From: an uncultured delta proteobacterium | GTDB taxonomy: Bacteria > Myxococcota_A > Polyangia > Fen-1088 | Direction of reading: 5' to 3' | Assembly: GCA_963737265.1 (NCBI GenBank) | Contig: CAVTRY010000023.1 | Location: 352,001 to 416,000 of the forward strand | DNA length: 64,000 nt | Shown: in pieces, positions 63,725-64,000 of the stretch | Layout: each line of letters opens with the position of its first letter | How positions within the stretch are numbered: the first letter of the stretch is position 1 | Notes under the pieces: generated by a model | Told to the model about the DNA's origin: nothing | What the model saw: the letters and a program-made list of their open reading frames with translations, nothing else | Databases searched by the model: none | Program-made: the position numbers and the translations under genes

Positions 63725-63997
63725 ATGAACATCGAATTTCACAACAGGCAAGCAACCGACTCAACCGGCCTGGTATCCGCTCAGGTGAATCTCGAAAGCG
63801 TGCCGGATATGTTTCAACTGCTGACCCAAGCTGCGGAAGTTGCAGCTAAGGCCGGCATCCCGCCCGAGTCGTACATGGCGTCTGCCTGGCAGGCCTACCT
63901 GCGCGCCTCCCCCGGTTTGGCCGAACACCTGGCCGAGGCGCAGTTCGACGCCGCGCTAGAGGATCTGCGTAGCACCGGCCGCTTGGCGAAAGCCTAG
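63725..63997 (+). CDS. hypothetical protein (90 aa)
   Basis: Clean ORF with natural helical composition, divergent from the RND operon. Confidence 0.6.
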   Translation: MNIEFHNRQATDSTGLVSAQVNLESVPDMFQLLTQAAEVAAKAGIPPESYMASAWQAYLRASPGLAEHLAEAQFDAALEDLRSTGRLAKA

Positions 63998-64000
63998 AGC

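Overview
High-GC bacterial DNA whose gene content and synteny point to Myxococcota, probably Polyangia-like (inference). From left to right it carries: a type IV pilus pilMNOPQ operon with an unusually long coiled-coil PilQ and an orphan sigma54 response regulator; xerD, a site-2 protease, scpA, scpB and rluB; clpB-dnaJ-lon; HEAT protein-carB-greA-HAD; and an ACE-like M2 peptidase. An accessory region (~36.9-53 kb) holds Cys-rich lipoproteins, decayed toxin-antitoxin and sigma-factor remnants, a tightly coupled nadE-like/asnB-like/adenylate ligase/PrmC-like methyltransferase/ACP/acyltransferase operon, and a convergent FliB-like Fe-S methylase. The right end has msrBA-dipZ and an RND efflux operon whose tolC is split by an intact 1782-bp ISKra4/ISLre2-like IS (24-bp TIRs, 9-bp target duplication). 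The best candidate for an undescribed system is the carrier-protein amidation/N-methylation operon at 42331-48485. No rRNA, tRNA or true CRISPR array was seen. All family calls come from motif recognition by eye; no database searches were run.
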